A stretch of DNA of 64,000 nt from Treponemataceae bacterium (GTDB lineage Bacteria; Spirochaetota; Spirochaetia; Treponematales; Rectinemataceae). This document shows, one piece after another, positions 1-9,969 of the stretch. A program made the translations under genes and the position numbers. The first letter of the stretch is position 1; each line of letters begins with the position of its first letter. The DNA is taken from the NCBI GenBank assembly GCA_963677895.2, contig CAXXGJ010000038.1:512001-576000 (forward strand), given 5' to 3'. The notes under the pieces are model-generated. The model had not been told where the DNA came from. It searched no databases and worked only from the letters and a program-made list of their open reading frames with translations.

Positions 1-1
1 C

Positions 2-631
2 CTGGTTGAGAAAAACGAGATTGGACTTCTTCCGCTTCTCCAGATGAGGCCTGGCTTCCTTTATGTATTTTTCCAGCCAGTAGTGGGCCTCGTCGCCGAA
101 GGGCACGATCCGTTCCTTCTTCCTTTTCCCGAGGACGCGCAGGAGCCTTTCCTTCAGGAAGAGCCTGTCGAAGGACAGGTTCGACGCCTCGGAAATCCTC
201 AATCCGCAGGAATAGATAAGCTCGAAAAGAGCCCTGTCCCTGATGCCGTTGGGCGTCGAAAGATCGATGCTCGCCAGGAATTTGTCCACTTCCTCGGGCT
301 GGAGAACGTCGGGCAGGACCCGTTCCTGTCTCGGCGTCCTGATGAGAAGCGAGGGATCGTCGCCGCGAAGCCCCTCGAGCTTCATGAACTTGTAGATCGA
401 ATGGACGCTGGCCACGATCCTGGCCATGGTCGTCCTGGAAAGCCCTTTTTCATGCCTCCAGACCAGGAAGCAGAGCAGATCTTCGCCGGTGGCCGTCAAA
501 GGCTCCTTCCCCTGCCCCGCAAGATATGCCTCCAGGTTGTCCAGTTCACGGAGGTAGGCTTCGGCGGTGAGCGCCGAGCGCTTGCGCACGAGCAGAAGAT
601 GAGCCCTGAAACGGGCCCCCAGCTGGGTCAC
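2..631 (-). CDS. xerD: Tyrosine recombinase XerD/XerC family, 3' end truncated by the window edge
   Basis: Not in the ORF track. Manual translation from GTG at 631 (GTGA overlap with the ftsZ stop) gives [30 protein letters not shown]...[21 protein letters not shown]...[15 protein letters not shown], which contains the box I catalytic Arg and Lys motifs. Confidence 0.9.
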   Translation of the reverse strand, partial: MTQLGARFRAHLLLVRKRSALTAEAYLRELDNLEAYLAGQGKEPLTATGEDLLCFLVWRHEKGLSRTTMARIVASVHSIYKFMKLEGLRGDDPSLLIRTPRQERVLPDVLQPEEVDKFLASIDLSTPNGIRDRALFELIYSCGLRISEASNLSFDRLFLKERLLRVLGKRKKERIVPFGDEAHYWLEKYIKEARPHLEKRKKSNLVFLNQ

Positions 632-1839
632 GCTCTCGCTCCCATTCTCTCGGCTTTCTCCGCGCCGAATTTCTTGTCGCGCAGGATGGTGGGAATGTCG
701 AGCTCGTCGCCGTCGGCGGCGTTTTCGAAGCCGAAACCCTTGCCGGAACTCTGGATGGTCTGGGTCATGAGGACGTAATCCTCGGGGGAAACGTAGTCGC
801 TGGAAGGTTTGCGAATTTCCGTCCTGGCTCTCAGGATGGCCTTCTGAGCCTCGATTTCCTTGGGATCGGCGCGCCTCGGCCCGAATCCCGTGGCGATGAC
901 CGTCACCCTGACCTCGTCGTCGATCATGGGATCGGTGACGAAACCGGCGATGATATGAGCCTCTTCGGCCGCCTTTTCCGTGATGAAGTCGACGATTTCC
1001 TGGTATTCGACGAGGGAGAAATCCTCGCCGCCGGTGACGTTGACGAGCACGTTCCTGGCTCCCTCGATCCTGGCATCCTCGAGAAGGGGGTTGTTCACCG
1101 CCTTGCTGGCCGCGTCGGTGGCGCGATTCTCGCCCGTGCCGATTCCAATGCCCATGATGGCGTCGCCCTGTCCCTGCATCACGGTGCGTACGTCGGCGAA
1201 GTCGATGTTGATGTCGCCGGCCAGGGTGATGAGATCGGAGATGCCTTGCACGCCCTGCCTCAACACTTCGTCGGCCAGGAGGAAGGCCTGCTTGATGGGC
1301 GTTCGCTTGTCCACGACCTTCAGAAGGTTCTGGTTGGGAATGACGATGACGGTGTCAACGGCCTGGCGAAGCTTCTCGAGGCCTTCTTCGGCGATGCGGC
1401 CGACAACCTTGCCCTCGAAGGTGAAGGGTTTCGTGACTACCGCGACGGTCAGGGCGCCCATGTCCCTCGCCGTCTGGGCGATGATGGGGGCGGAGCCGGT
1501 GCCGGTGCCGCCGCCAAGGCCCGAGGTGACAAAGACCATGTCGGAGCCGCGCAGGGCCTGCTCGATCATCTCCCTGTCTTCCATGGCCGCCTTTTCGCCG
1601 ATCTCGGGTTTTCCGCCGGCGCCGAGGCCCTTGGTGAGCTTCGTGCCGATGCCGAGCTTTATCTCGGCCTTGGAGCGGCCCAGATCCTGGAGGTCGGTGT
1701 TCACCGAGATGAACTGCACGTTCTTGAGCCCTCCCGCGATCATCCTGTTCACCGCGTTGGAGCCGCCGCCGCCCGAGCCAATTACTTTAATCACGGTCGG
1801 ATTGACCGAACTGTCGTCATCGATGATTTCTATCGCCAT
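628..1839 (-). CDS. ftsZ: Cell division GTPase FtsZ
   Basis: [20 protein letters not shown] tubulin signature, INIDFADV, C-terminal LDIPTILR. Confidence 0.99.
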   Translation of the reverse strand: MAIEIIDDDSSVNPTVIKVIGSGGGGSNAVNRMIAGGLKNVQFISVNTDLQDLGRSKAEIKLGIGTKLTKGLGAGGKPEIGEKAAMEDREMIEQALRGSDMVFVTSGLGGGTGTGSAPIIAQTARDMGALTVAVVTKPFTFEGKVVGRIAEEGLEKLRQAVDTVIVIPNQNLLKVVDKRTPIKQAFLLADEVLRQGVQGISDLITLAGDINIDFADVRTVMQGQGDAIMGIGIGTGENRATDAASKAVNNPLLEDARIEGARNVLVNVTGGEDFSLVEYQEIVDFITEKAAEEAHIIAGFVTDPMIDDEVRVTVIATGFGPRRADPKEIEAQKAILRARTEIRKPSSDYVSPEDYVLMTQTIQSSGKGFGFENAADGDELDIPTILRDKKFGAEKAERMGARA

Positions 1840-1855
1840 TTTTCCCCTCCGTTGA

Positions 1856-3103
1856 TCAGATGAATTTATCCTTGAGCCACGTGACTATTTTCCCCAGACT
1901 GGATGCCCTGGATTTTTCCTTATGCGCCGCCGATTGCCCGCGCGAAGGATCCATCGCGAGCTGATTGTCGGCTTCTATGAGCACAAGCCCCACGGCCGTA
2001 GCGAACATGGGATTCCTGTATTCGTTTTCCAGGCCGCCGATGGAAGGCAGCGTCCCAAGATGCACGGGCACCTGGAACACCGATTCGGCCAGCTCCTTGG
2101 TTCCCGCCATCAGGGCAGCCCCTCCGGTGAGGACGATCCCCGCCTTGATATCCTTGAGGAAACCTGCCTTATCCAGCTTCTCCTTGGCCATGAGGAAGAT
2201 TTCTTCCATGCGGGGCTGGACGATGGCGCAGAGTTTTCTCCGCGGTATCTCCGTAGGTTCCCTTCCGCCGATGCCCGGCACGACGATGAGTTCGTCGGGG
2301 TCGATGGATTCGAGCCAGCAGGAGGCGGCTTCGCGCTTCAGGCGCTCGGCCGAGTCCATGAGAACGCTCAGCATTATCGAAATATCGTTGGTGACCTGCA
2401 TGCCGCCAGCGGGAACGGCCGAGGTGTACCAGGGCTCGCCGTCGCGGAACACCATCAGATCCGTCGTTCCGCCGCCGATATCCATCAGGAGACAGCCGAG
2501 ATCGCGTTCGTCGTCGGAAAGCACCGATCGCGCGGCGGCCAGGCTGCCGAGAATGCGGTGATCGGTCTTGTATCCGGCGCGATTCACGCATTTGACCATA
2601 TTCTGGGTCGTCGTCACGGAACTCGTGATGATATGCACTTCCGACTCGAGCCGCACTCCCATCATGTGCAGGGGGTCGCGGATGCCGCGCTGCGCGTCCA
2701 CGGTGTAGGTCTGGGGCACCACATGAAGGATTTCCCTGTCCATGGGGATGGAGACCGCCTGAGCCGCCTCATGCACCCGCGCTATGTCGTCGGCGGTTAT
2801 CTCGCGCCCCTTGCCGGCGACGGCCACCACGCCTTTGGAGTTGAGGCTCTCGATGTTAGCCCCGGAGATGCCCAGGACGCAGGAATGGATTTCCCGTCCC
2901 GACATGAGCTCGGCCGATTCTATGGCCGAGGTAACCGAGGACAGTGTCGCCTCTATATTGAGCACGACTCCTCTCCGCAGACCGGTCGACGGAGCTACGC
3001 CCACGCCGATGATTTCGAGTTGATCCTCTTCGTTGAAATCCCCGACTACAGCCCTTGTTGAAGTGGTGCCGATATCGAGACCGACAATGAAGGTGTCAGC
3101 CAG
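1856..3103 (-). CDS. ftsA: Cell division protein FtsA; probable CTG start at 3103
   Basis: Motifs [16 protein letters not shown] and PMFATAVGL. The in-frame extension above the track start (3004) supplies the [12 protein letters not shown]-binding motif. AAGGAGG lies 6 nt before the CTG. Confidence 0.95.
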   Translation of the reverse strand: MADTFIVGLDIGTTSTRAVVGDFNEEDQLEIIGVGVAPSTGLRRGVVLNIEATLSSVTSAIESAELMSGREIHSCVLGISGANIESLNSKGVVAVAGKGREITADDIARVHEAAQAVSIPMDREILHVVPQTYTVDAQRGIRDPLHMMGVRLESEVHIITSSVTTTQNMVKCVNRAGYKTDHRILGSLAAARSVLSDDERDLGCLLMDIGGGTTDLMVFRDGEPWYTSAVPAGGMQVTNDISIMLSVLMDSAERLKREAASCWLESIDPDELIVVPGIGGREPTEIPRRKLCAIVQPRMEEIFLMAKEKLDKAGFLKDIKAGIVLTGGAALMAGTKELAESVFQVPVHLGTLPSIGGLENEYRNPMFATAVGLVLIEADNQLAMDPSRGQSAAHKEKSRASSLGKIVTWLKDKFI

Positions 3104-4259
3104 TTTGTGCCTCCTTTGTCCTATACACGATGGTACCCGTGCGGAAATCGATCTCTTCGATCTTCTCCGCCCCCTGTCTGCTGGCCAGAATGTCCAGGAC
3201 CAGCAGCGCCGATCCGAGATTTTTGCTCGTCAGTCTGGAAGGCATTCGTATAGGAACCGATTTTCCGGAAGGGAACAGGAGAAGTTCCGCTTCGGAATCG
3301 GAAATCTTTTCGATCTTAATCTCTGAAAAAGCCTCGAGCGGCGAAGGATTTTCCTTCGAAATCTCGGCGATGTCGCGCAGCAGAGGCCGCAGGAATTCCG
3401 GGAGTTTCTGTCCGGGCACGAAACGCTCGAAGCGAATGCCCGAAAGAACGGGCAGCTTGGTCGTGGCGGCGATGGAATCCATATAGGCGAACGCGATGCC
3501 CTCTTTATCAATGGCAATGGATTTCGTGCCGATTTCCTCGTTGACAAGGACGCAGGCGACCGCCTTCCTCTCCACGAGGTCGACGACGAGCTGATCGGGG
3601 AAGGAGCGCCTGACATTCACGGCGGCGATCTTGGGATTGGCGAGTATCCGTCCTTCCATGGCAGGCACGTCGGCGTTGACGAGATTGATGTCGGCGTTAA
3701 GAAGGAGGGCGTCGGTGATTTCCTTTTCGGTGGTGTTCAGCATCCCGTTCACCGATACCTTGTTCACCCTCGTGACCTCCGGAACGGAAAAATAGAGCCC
3801 CAGACCGAGCGCGACCAGGAGGATAAAGGCGATGATCAACTTGGCGTTATCGCTCCGCTGGCTTTCCCTGTTTTTCTCCGCCTGACGTTCCCTGGCGGAG
3901 ATCGTTTTCGCTATCGAAGCCGCCTTCTGATCGTAGAGTCTCTTAGGTTTCTGTTTCGAGCGCGTGGGTTCGGGGGTCTCGGCCGGGACGCCGCGAGCGC
4001 TCCGGTCGACAATTCCCTGCCCCCTGTCCTTCCTGGTTTGGGAAGGCGCGAAACTCTTCAAGCCGGGATGAGCCGATGTTCCGGAAGCGCCGGCTATCCC
4101 CGTTTCGCGGCGAGCCGTGCTCCGTTCCAGGTATGACAGCCCTTCGCGGCTTTTGGCGCTTTCGGCCGCGCCTTTGCTCTTCGAGTTCACCTGTGGGGCT
4201 GCTGGCGCCTGACGGGCCGTACCCGTCTTAGACTTCGCCAAGGACAATAGTTCAGCCAT
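3096..4259 (-). CDS. ftsQ: FtsQ/DivIB with a long basic N-terminal extension
   Basis: Single TM segment (LIIAFILLVALGLGLYF), POTRA-like VRRSFPDQLVVDLVER, C-terminal IDFR; lies between ftsW and ftsA. Confidence 0.9.
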   Translation of the reverse strand: MAELLSLAKSKTGTARQAPAAPQVNSKSKGAAESAKSREGLSYLERSTARRETGIAGASGTSAHPGLKSFAPSQTRKDRGQGIVDRSARGVPAETPEPTRSKQKPKRLYDQKAASIAKTISARERQAEKNRESQRSDNAKLIIAFILLVALGLGLYFSVPEVTRVNKVSVNGMLNTTEKEITDALLLNADINLVNADVPAMEGRILANPKIAAVNVRRSFPDQLVVDLVERKAVACVLVNEEIGTKSIAIDKEGIAFAYMDSIAATTKLPVLSGIRFERFVPGQKLPEFLRPLLRDIAEISKENPSPLEAFSEIKIEKISDSEAELLLFPSGKSVPIRMPSRLTSKNLGSALLVLDILASRQGAEKIEEIDFRTGTIVYRTKEAQTG

Positions 4260-5436
4260 TGCCGTTTCCTCCAGAAATCTGCGCCGAACCTGACGGGGAT
4301 AGGGCCGAGAAGCCGGTATCCTTGAGCGCGTTGAGAATCAAACCCCCGGCCAAGGCCGTGGAAAGGAGGGAAGATCCGCCTGCCGAGAAAAAGGGAAGCG
4401 CGATGCCCGTGGCCGGAAGGAAGCCGGACACGACGCCCAGGTTGATGAGAAACTGCATTGAAAGGAGACAGAGCATACCCATCGCGAGTAGATAACGGAA
4501 ACCTTCCATGTTCCTGGCGGCGCGGATCACGGCGACGACGAGGAAAATCCAGCAGGCGAAGACCGCGGCCACGCCCAGGAGTCCCATCTCCTCGGCGAAG
4601 GCCGCGAAGACGAAATCGGACTGTATTTCGGGAATGGAGGTGAGTTTTCTCGTGCCGAGCCCCAACCCTTTGCCCCAAAGACCGCCCGACATTATGGCGC
4701 GTATGGAATTCTGCACCTGATAGTTCATCCCATGGGGATCGTAGTCGGGGATGATGTAGCCCAATACGCGGATGAGGCGGTATTCGGAGGAGGTGATCAT
4801 GAGGAAGACGGCCGGTATCGCCAAGACAAGGGTACCCAGGAAAAACCTCATCGGCGTGCCCGCGAACCAGAATACGGAGAGGGCAGCCGCCAATGCCAGG
4901 ACGGTCGTGGAAAAATCATCCTGGAGGAAAATGATAGTGCAGCCGAGAACGATGACGAGGAAGGGGAAAATCGCCTCGCCCGCCGTATTTTTGATAGTTT
5001 GATTTTTCTTGTCGAGAATATGCGCGGCATAGAAAATGCTGATGGGCTTCCAGAGTTCGGAAGGCTGGAAATTCGTGACTATGAGATTGATCCAACGCCG
5101 GCCGCCGTTTATCTCGACGCCGATGCCGGGCAGGAAAGGCAGAACGAGCGAAAAGAGGGAGGCCATGGCGAACAGCCCCGCCAGATTCCTGAACTTGTCC
5201 AGCGGAATGACGGAAGCCACGATGAATATGAAAATGGCTGGGAGGAAGAAAATCGCTTGCCGTATGGCGAAGTAGCTGGCTCCTTTCTCAATCTTGACGC
5301 CGTATCCGGAAGAGGCTGACCACATCCCTATAAAACCTATAACCGCCAAGGCCATGAAGGCACCCGCGAACTTCGCCTCGGGATGGCGTATCGTCCGACC
5401 CTCGGCCGCGAATTCATGCAGAAGTTTCATCTCCAT
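4252..5436 (-). CDS. ftsW: SEDS glycosyltransferase FtsW
   Basis: Multi-TM; INGGRRWI, FQPSE, PEIQSDFVFA, LPFFSAGGSS. Confidence 0.95.
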   Translation of the reverse strand: MEMKLLHEFAAEGRTIRHPEAKFAGAFMALAVIGFIGMWSASSGYGVKIEKGASYFAIRQAIFFLPAIFIFIVASVIPLDKFRNLAGLFAMASLFSLVLPFLPGIGVEINGGRRWINLIVTNFQPSELWKPISIFYAAHILDKKNQTIKNTAGEAIFPFLVIVLGCTIIFLQDDFSTTVLALAAALSVFWFAGTPMRFFLGTLVLAIPAVFLMITSSEYRLIRVLGYIIPDYDPHGMNYQVQNSIRAIMSGGLWGKGLGLGTRKLTSIPEIQSDFVFAAFAEEMGLLGVAAVFACWIFLVVAVIRAARNMEGFRYLLAMGMLCLLSMQFLINLGVVSGFLPATGIALPFFSAGGSSLLSTALAGGLILNALKDTGFSALSPSGSAQISGGNGNG

Positions 5437-5439
5437 CGC

Positions 5440-6522
5440 CTACTGAATCTTCAGCGTCGAAAGCGCCAGCAGCGCGAACATGCCGCCCATGATCCAGAAA
5501 CGGACGACAACCTTGGTTTCCTTCTGCCCCGAGAGTTCGAAGTGATGGTGGAGCGGAGCCATGCGGAAAAGCCTTTTCCCCTTTGTGGCCTTGAAATAAA
5601 GCACCTGGAGCATCACCGAACCGAGTTCCATCACGAAAACGCCGCCGATGAGAAGAAGGAGGATTTCCTTTTTCACGATGAGGGAAAGGACGCCGAGCAC
5701 GCCGCCCAAGGCGAGAGAGCCCGCGTCGCCCATGAATACCTCGGCGGGGTGGGAATTGAACCAGAGAAAGCCCGTACAGGCGCCCAGCAAGGCCAGGTTG
5801 AAGACGGTCAGCTCACCGGCGCCCTTGACGTAGGGAATGCCGAGGTAAGAGGCCCAGTCGGCCCGTCCGCTCACGTAGGTCAGAATGGAAAAGGCGATCA
5901 CGGCCATTATGACAAGGCCCGTGGCGAGCCCATCGAGACCGTCGGTGATATTCACGGCGTTCGACCATGCGGTGACATAGATCATGGCCAGGGGAATCCA
6001 GAAGATGCCCAGATCGAGAACATGGTTCTTGAAGAAAGGCAGGTACACTTTCGTGGAGTACTCGCCGCCTATGGAATAGAGACTCACGGCGGCGACCATG
6101 GAAACCAGGAACTGCAGGGTGAGTTTCTGGACCGCGGAGAGCCCATCGGAATTGTGCTTCTTAATCTTCAGCAAGTCGTCCGCGCTGCCTATCGCCCCGA
6201 ATCCCAGGAGGGAGAAAAGCACGATCCATGTAAGCGGATTCCGTATATCCTGCCAGAGAAGGACGGAAATCGCCACGGCGGCGATTATGAGGATGCCGCC
6301 CATCGTGGGGGTGCCGGTCTTCGCCAGGTGGCTCTGAGGTCCGTCCAGCCTGACCGATTGTCCGAACTTCAGCACCCGCAGTTTTCTGATCACGAAGGGA
6401 CCGAAGAGAAAGACGATGAGAAGGGCGGTCAGGGCCGCGTATGCCGACCTGAAAGTCAGGTAGCGGAATATATTGAAGGGAGAAAAGTATTTAACGAGCG
6501 GAAGCAGAAGTTCACGAAGCAT
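5440..6522 (-). CDS. mraY: Phospho-N-acetylmuramoyl-pentapeptide transferase
   Basis: KTGTPTMGG, NAVNITDGLDGLA, VFMGDAGS, MAPLHHHFE. Confidence 0.98.
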   Translation of the reverse strand: MLRELLLPLVKYFSPFNIFRYLTFRSAYAALTALLIVFLFGPFVIRKLRVLKFGQSVRLDGPQSHLAKTGTPTMGGILIIAAVAISVLLWQDIRNPLTWIVLFSLLGFGAIGSADDLLKIKKHNSDGLSAVQKLTLQFLVSMVAAVSLYSIGGEYSTKVYLPFFKNHVLDLGIFWIPLAMIYVTAWSNAVNITDGLDGLATGLVIMAVIAFSILTYVSGRADWASYLGIPYVKGAGELTVFNLALLGACTGFLWFNSHPAEVFMGDAGSLALGGVLGVLSLIVKKEILLLLIGGVFVMELGSVMLQVLYFKATKGKRLFRMAPLHHHFELSGQKETKVVVRFWIMGGMFALLALSTLKIQ

Positions 6523-8041
6523 GGGCGGCCCCCTTCGTCATAGTTGGATCGATACGGTTCATTTCCTTGGCTTTGACGCCCTCGCTCACCCAGCCCTTAT
6601 CGAAAAGGACCTCGGTGAAACGCTCGAGCGCTAAGCCCCGGGAGGCTTTGGCCAGGACGAGATCGCCTTCCCTCAGGTAATCCAGGACGGATTTCTTGAG
6701 AGATTCGATGTCGCTTGTATGAAAAATGATTCTTCCAGGACGGCTTCCGGCGGAACCGCGTTCGGCTGCCGCCAAGGCCGCCTCGTAGCTCGCCTTCGCT
6801 TCATCGCCGAAGAAGAAAAGGCCGTCGGCGGTCGAGGATTCAGCTTTTCTTCCCATCGCTTCATGCTCGTCGGTCGATGTGTCGCCCAACTCGCGCATCG
6901 AGCCCAGGACGTAGATTTTCCTGCCCTTGCATTCGACCGAGTCGCACAGGCTTATGGCGGCGGCCACGCTTTCGGGATTGGCGTTGTAGCAATCCCTCAC
7001 GAGAGAGATTCTGCCTTCAAAGATTTCCGAGCGGCCGAAAAGCGGCATTACGGAGGCAAGCCCGGAAGCGACCAGCTCGGGATCGCGCTCCAGATCGGCG
7101 GCCACCGAAAGCGCGGCCAATGCGTTGAGCAGGTTGTGCTCTCCCGGAAGCGAGAAGGTAAAATCCCGACCCAGCCACCGAAGCCGCCAGCCGCGGAGGC
7201 CAAGGCTCTCGACCTTCTCCAGCCCCTTCGTCGTGCGGAAACCGAATTCGGAGATCCTGCCCGAAACGTCGGTCTTCAGGAAATCCTTGTAGGGATCGTC
7301 TTCCCACACGAAACCGCGCTGCGAACCGCTGAATCTGGAGAAGATTTTCTTCTTCTCGTCGGCGATGCCTTGGCGCGTACCTATCATGCCGATATGCGCG
7401 ATACCGATGTTGGTTATGACGGCGATGTCCGGCTCGTAAATGGAAGCCAGCTCGTCCATCTCCCCCTTCCTGTTCATGCCCATCTCAAAAACGCCCACCT
7501 TGTGGGAGGCGTTGAGGGCGAACATCGAAAGGGCAAGTCCGATATCCGAATTGAGGTTGCCTTCATTCATTATGAGGCTGCCGGCGGGATAGGTCGGCAG
7601 CAGCGCGGCGCCGATGCATTCCTTGGTGGTCGTCTTGCCCGAGGAGCCGGTGATGCCGATGCGCAGAAGCCCCTTCATTCTCCGCCTATGCTCGCGAGCC
7701 AGGGCCTGGAGCCCCGCCAGGGGGGATTGCACGAAAATCAGGCAGGCGGCGCCAGGATAGGCGGCGCCAGGATAGGCGGCACCAAGGCTGGCGGCGGCGA
7801 TCGCGCTTTCCTTTTTGTCGAGCGCGGCCAATACGCTGGAAGCGCCCTGCTTCAGGGCCGCCGCGATGAAATCGTGACCATCGAAGTTCTCGCCGGGCAG
7901 GGCTACGAAGAGAGAGCCTTTCCCGACCTTCCTGGAATCGGCGGTCACATCGAGGATTGGGGCTTCCAGATTGCCTCTGCAAGCGCCCCCGATCATGCCG
8001 GCCGCTTCGCCCGCGGTAAACAGGACTCTGGTTTCAGTCAT
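6512..8041 (-). CDS. murF: UDP-MurNAc-tripeptide:D-Ala-D-Ala ligase
   Basis: ITGSSGKTTTKE, GNLNSDIG, EMGM, DCYNANPES, KASRG. Confidence 0.96.
   Translation of the reverse strand: MTETRVLFTAGEAAGMIGGACRGNLEAPILDVTADSRKVGKGSLFVALPGENFDGHDFIAAALKQGASSVLAALDKKESAIAAASLGAAYPGAAYPGAACLIFVQSPLAGLQALAREHRRRMKGLLRIGITGSSGKTTTKECIGAALLPTYPAGSLIMNEGNLNSDIGLALSMFALNASHKVGVFEMGMNRKGEMDELASIYEPDIAVITNIGIAHIGMIGTRQGIADEKKKIFSRFSGSQRGFVWEDDPYKDFLKTDVSGRISEFGFRTTKGLEKVESLGLRGWRLRWLGRDFTFSLPGEHNLLNALAALSVAADLERDPELVASGLASVMPLFGRSEIFEGRISLVRDCYNANPESVAAAISLCDSVECKGRKIYVLGSMRELGDTSTDEHEAMGRKAESSTADGLFFFGDEAKASYEAALAAAERGSAGSRPGRIIFHTSDIESLKKSVLDYLREGDLVLAKASRGLALERFTEVLFDKGWVSEGVKAKEMNRIDPTMTKGAAHAS
7744..7784. 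repeat. 15-bp in-frame tandem repeat in murF (GAAYP x2 plus a partial copy)
   Basis: aggcggcgccaggat twice, followed by aggcggcacca. Confidence 0.9.
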
Positions 8042-8381
8042 GAACGCCGTCCCCCGCTTTCTTGGCCGAGCTCATAGGTATTCCCGATCCCAGAGCCTGC
8101 GAAACGCCCTCTCCCGACGGCGTCAGCTGGATTCTTAGTTTTTCCTCGGGCAGGGCTTTTTTGAGTCCCATGCGGCTGGCCATGGCTTCGGTTCTTTCCC
8201 TGCTCGAAAGAAGGGCGATTTCCGCCTCGATTTTGCGGTTCTCGGCAATCCAGCTCTCCTGTTCCTCTTCGAGGAGGCGAGCCTTGGCCGACAGGTCGGT
8301 AAAGCGACTCGATTGCCAGACCATGCCTAAGGCAAAGAAGCCGGCCAGGATCATAAGAGTCCAGAAGCGTCCGATTTTCAT
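8034..8381 (-). CDS. ftsL: Cell division protein FtsL-like
   Basis: Start MKIGRFW at an ATGA overlap with the rsmH stop; one TM then a coiled coil (LSSRERTEAMA...GL); canonical position after rsmH. Confidence 0.8.
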   Translation of the reverse strand: MKIGRFWTLMILAGFFALGMVWQSSRFTDLSAKARLLEEEQESWIAENRKIEAEIALLSSRERTEAMASRMGLKKALPEEKLRIQLTPSGEGVSQALGSGIPMSSAKKAGDGVHD

Positions 8382-9439
8382 TCCCGCGCTCCTTTCGTGA
8401 CCGATGCCGCAAGGGCCAAGGGCGCGCGCAGGGCGCGCAGCTTCGCCGATCTGGAAGCCGGATTCGTGCCGCATTCCGCGTCGGTCGGTACGCGCGGCTT
8501 TTTATAGATTTCCTCGTAGCCTTTATTTTTGCCGTAGTCTTTGCAGAGTTGTTTGGCGATGCGGTCTTCCAGCGAATGGAAGGAAATGACGGCGAGAATT
8601 CCGCCGGGCGCGAGCATCTCCACGGCGGAGGCGAGCCCCTTCTCTTCTCTCTCCAGTTCGTTATTCACTTTTATCCGCAATGCCTGAAAGGTTCTCGTGG
8701 CGGGATGTATCCTGCCGTATCGATACGAGGAAGGCACAGCGCCCGCCACGATGGAAGCCAGGGCCCTGGATGTCCTGATGGGCGCGTTCCTGCGCGCTTC
8801 GAGAATCGACTTCGCTATGTGTCGCGAATAACGTTCCTCGCCATAGTTAAAAATGACGTCAGCCAAATCGCTTTCCGTCATTTTATTGACGAGATCGAAG
8901 GCGGAAGTCTCGGCTTCGGGGGAAAAGCGCATATCGAGAGGTTCTTCGTTCGCGAAGGAAAAACCCCGCTTGGAATCGAGATAGTGATGCGTTGAGACGC
9001 CGAGGTCGAAAAGGATGAAGTCGGGTCTTTCAAAGCCGGGAAAGGAGGCCCATGCCTCCAGAACCTCGTCGAAATATCCGGCGCGGATTTCCAGCCTGTC
9101 GGCGAAGGGCCGCAGCCTGGCCGCCGAACGCTCCCTCGCTTCGGGATCGGCATCGATGCCGACGTAGCGGACGCCCGAGGATCGCGAAAGTATGGCTTCG
9201 GCGTGGCCGCCGGCGCCTAAGGTGCAGTCGGCCACGAGCGCGTCGGGCTTGCCCAGCATATCGAACAGTTCAAGGATCTCGGCGAGCATCACCGGCGTAT
9301 GGAGAATGACGGGGGCTTCGGCTCCGTCCAGGGAAGATGCTGTTTGGATTGGCTGGGGCTGGGGCTGGGGCTGTTGTTGTTGCGCTTGCCGCGGCCGTGT
9401 TGCCCGGGCCGGCGCCGATCGCGTCGATTTCTTCTTCAT
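8378..9439 (-). CDS. rsmH: 16S rRNA m4C1402 methyltransferase
   Basis: HTPVML, DCTLGAGGHA, DLGVS, PLDMR, HPATRTFQALRI, ISFHSLEDR, SRSAKLR. Confidence 0.98.
   Translation of the reverse strand: MKKKSTRSAPARATRPRQAQQQQPQPQPQPIQTASSLDGAEAPVILHTPVMLAEILELFDMLGKPDALVADCTLGAGGHAEAILSRSSGVRYVGIDADPEARERSAARLRPFADRLEIRAGYFDEVLEAWASFPGFERPDFILFDLGVSTHHYLDSKRGFSFANEEPLDMRFSPEAETSAFDLVNKMTESDLADVIFNYGEERYSRHIAKSILEARRNAPIRTSRALASIVAGAVPSSYRYGRIHPATRTFQALRIKVNNELEREEKGLASAVEMLAPGGILAVISFHSLEDRIAKQLCKDYGKNKGYEEIYKKPRVPTDAECGTNPASRSAKLRALRAPLALAASVTKGARE
9351..9382. repeat. Hexamer/trimer low-complexity tract encoding QQQQPQPQPQP in the RsmH N-terminus
   Basis: ggctgg repeated, followed by tgt repeats, on the + strand. 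Confidence 0.8.
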
Positions 9440-9453
9440 GGATACCCCGACGC

Positions 9454-9897
9454 CTAAAGCGTCAGGCCTCCGAGATCTTCCGTGTCGCTCAAGAAAGCGC
9501 TCTCGTTGTCGTTTATATATTTCTCGTATTCTTCAGCGTTCCAGATTTCGATGTATTTGGAAATTCCGAGAATGATGCACTCGCGCGACAGCCCGGCCCA
9601 CTCCCTCAATTCCTGTGGAATGGAAATCCTGCCGAGGCGGTCAATCTCGACGCCCGTGGCCGGAGCGATTATCCTGCGCTGTACGTGCCTTGATTTCGCC
9701 TGGAACAGGCTTGTGTTCGCCATGAGTTTCTGGGAGAGATCTTCCCACTGTAGAGGAGGAAAAAGCCAAAGGCATTTGTCGACGCCCTTGGTAAGGACGA
9801 GATTCGTTCCCGGCAGTTCGCTTCTCATTCGCGCGGGGAGTGAGATTCGTCCTTTTTCGTCCAGGGTGTTCCTGAACTCGCCAGTCAGAAGGTTCAT
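9454..9897 (-). CDS. mraZ: Division/cell wall cluster transcriptional repressor MraZ
   Basis: MNLLTGEFRNTLDEKGRISLPA and IDRLGRISIP (two DxxGR repeats); first gene of the dcw cluster. Confidence 0.96.
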   Translation of the reverse strand: MNLLTGEFRNTLDEKGRISLPARMRSELPGTNLVLTKGVDKCLWLFPPLQWEDLSQKLMANTSLFQAKSRHVQRRIIAPATGVEIDRLGRISIPQELREWAGLSRECIILGISKYIEIWNAEEYEKYINDNESAFLSDTEDLGGLTL

Positions 9898-9934
9898 ACC
9901 ACTATTTCCTACTATTTCCCACAATTTACCACTA
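9898..9934 (-). promoter_or_regulatory. MraZ-binding box array (4 repeats, 10-bp period)
   Basis: Minus strand reads TAGTGGTAAA TTGTGGGAAA TAGTAGGAAA TAGTGGT-ATG: GT(G/A)G cores spaced 10 bp apart. Confidence 0.8.
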
Positions 9935-9941
9935 CAACTCA

Positions 9942-9969
9942 ATTCTACCCTTTATAGGAAAGCTGTCAA
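9942..9969 (-). promoter_or_regulatory. Sigma70-type promoter of the dcw operon
   Basis: TTGACA-N16-TAGAAT on the minus strand. Confidence 0.75.

Noticed and set aside
44..778. 244-aa + strand ORF
   Set aside because: Antisense shadow of xerD and the ftsZ 3' end; no recognisable motifs.
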